Assembly (NCBI GenBank): GCA_964291215.2
Contig: OZ219791.1
Span: forward strand, 3,232,001 to 3,296,000
Length of the DNA: 64,000 bases
DNA from: Alphaproteobacteria bacterium
GTDB lineage: Bacteria; Pseudomonadota; Alphaproteobacteria; MPNO01; UBA830
Reading direction: 5' to 3'
Shown here piece after piece: positions 62,513 through 64,000 of this stretch; position 1 is the stretch's first letter; the number at the start of each line of letters is the position of its first letter. The notes under the pieces were generated by a model. That model saw nothing but the letters and a program-made list of their open reading frames with translations. It did not search any database and was not told where the DNA came from. Both the position numbers and the translations under genes were made by a program.

Positions 62513-64000
62513 GTGCGCCAGGCAAACTGGTGGAATGTGGCCGGGTGCAAGTCCCGGTAGGAAGAGAGGCTAACCACCACTTTCTCCGTGAACCATGCGT
62601 CGCCAGGCGAAGCGTTGGGGAGCGGCAGGCCAGGCTATTGAGCCACGAGATGCTTTGAAACCGGAGTGCCGAGGTCGTCCGAGTGGGCAACACCCCACGA
62701 GCCGCGTTGGTGAGGCGAACGGGGGCTCCGCGGGGTCCGAGAACCATGGCCGAAGCAGGGACCTGGGAGGTCTTGCCCCTCTGTCGTGGAGGGGCCGCAG
62801 AGGAAAGGAACTAATCCGTAAACCGATGATGAACGAGAAGTCAGATTCGGCCATAGTACCGCTGAAGGCGGCGAACAAGGGTTCTTCGGAGCCTGCGGAG
62901 CTGTTGGAGGGAAGGCCAAGGGCAATGCGGTTGGCCAAAGCCCGCGCCGCGCGCAGAAGCGGGGGTCACAGGCGGCTGAACGCAGGTAGCGAAGAGGAAC
63001 CCGGAAGAGCGTCTTGTGGCGCTACTCCACCACGTGACGGTCGACGTTCTGCACGATGCGTTCCATTCCTTGAGGAAGGACGCGGCGGCGGGGCGTTGTG
63101 TAGCAAGCGTACGCGGAGGGTGTGGAACTGGTTGACCTGCACGCCCGTGTGCACAGGGGTGCGTACCGGGCGCCTCCATCTCGGCGGGTTTACATACCCA
63201 AGGAGGATGGAGGGCAACGACCGCTTGCCTCGGACAAGATTCTTCAGCGGGCGGTGTGATTCTGGTGCCGCGAGACGGAGTTCCTCGGGTTTAGTTACGG
63301 CTTCCGGCCGGGGCGCATCATGCGCTCGATGCCGTCACGGTGGAACGGCGGAAGGTCAACTGGATCGTTGACGCCGACATCCGTGGGTTCTTCGACAATC
63401 TCGACCGCGACCATCTGGTCGCGATGCTCGGGAAACGGATCGGGGGGTCTGATCATCAAGTGACGCCGGCGTCATGGAAGGGACCGACTGGTCGGATACG
63501 GGCAAGGGAACACCGCAAGGGGCGATTGTATCGCCATGCCTTGCGAACGTCTACCTGCACTACGTACGACTGGTTCCAGAACCACTGGCGCAAGCGGATG
63601 GCTGGAGGCGACACGATCATTGTCCGCTATGCGGACGACTTCGTGTGCGGCTTTCAGCATCTGAGCGACGCGCGGCGCTTTCTCCGAGACCTTGGGGAGA
63701 GACTGGCCCACTTGAACTGCACCCGGAAAATCATCGAGTTCGGTCGGTTTGCCAGAGCGAACCACCGGAAGCAGGGCAAGACGTTCGACTTCCTCGGCAT
63801 GACGCACTTCTGCGAACAGACGAGGAAAGGCAGGTTCAGGGTCGGTCCATCTCGCAAACGGGCACCCTGCGGCGGATCAAGGAGGCCTTGCGCAGGCGGT
63901 GGCACGATAACCGGCACGAAACGGCCAAGTGGTGAGTTATCAACGGCTGCTACTACGCCGTTCCAGGAAGCAGCCTGCAGAAGTTCATACACCAATGCAA
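62513..64000 (+). mobile_element. Group II intron (probably bacterial class E), runs off the window
   Basis: Begins GTGCG exactly where IS66 similarity stops; junction aagtcagattcggccatagtaccgctgaaggcggcgaac typical of domains II-III; RT remnants follow. Confidence 0.88.
62925..64000 (+). pseudogene. ltrA: Group II intron reverse transcriptase/maturase, frameshifted
   Basis: ALLHHVT, RRVYIPK, SYGFRPG, WIVDADIRGFFD, GTPQGAIVSPCLANVYLHYV, VRYADDFV (63628), FDFLG, in different frames; start approximate. Confidence 0.88.

Noticed and set aside
62925-64000. Reverse transcriptase as a retron, DGR or defence RT
   Set aside because: GUGYG 5' end, ribozyme junction motifs and PQG/YADD context indicate a group II intron; no template/variable repeat pair seen
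1-64000. tRNA, rRNA or prophage genes
   Set aside because: No cloverleaf, rRNA or phage structural signatures recognised by eye; a covariance scan was not possible

Overview
GC-rich alphaproteobacterial chromosome segment, assigned from lpxI, an alpha-type SOS box and the trpDC-moaC-moeA-lexA-gltX-gltA order. The intact housekeeping core (18.2-45.4 kb) contains rpsB-tsf-pyrH-frr-uppS-cdsA-dxr-rseP-bamA-skp-lpxD-fabZ-lpxA-lpxI-lpxB-gloA, gltA, gltX, lexA, moeA, moaC, trpC, trpD, coxG, dapF, mtaB and ftsY. Left of it are the 3' end of an MmeI-like methyltransferase, a nested IS30>IS256>IS4 stack (0.9-5.4 kb) and a catabolic island (5.6-17.5 kb) built around a carotenoid-cleavage-type dioxygenase. 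Right of it are a second IS pile (45.6-50.7 kb), a Liv-type ABC transporter, an RTX protein with its type I secretion genes and a group II intron inserted in an IS66 transposase. Most notable: (1) a single-ORF IS66 element carries a Dam-like DNA adenine methyltransferase gene inside its inverted repeats, seen in three independent left-end copies; (2) every transposase gene and the intron RT, but no host gene, is riddled with micro-deletions partly shared between copies, which is either biological or a consensus artefact; (3) a shared operator motif links the thiolase and dioxygenase promoters; (4) strand skew flips from G/T to C across the T1SS cassette. Family assignments come from motif recognition only; no searches were run.
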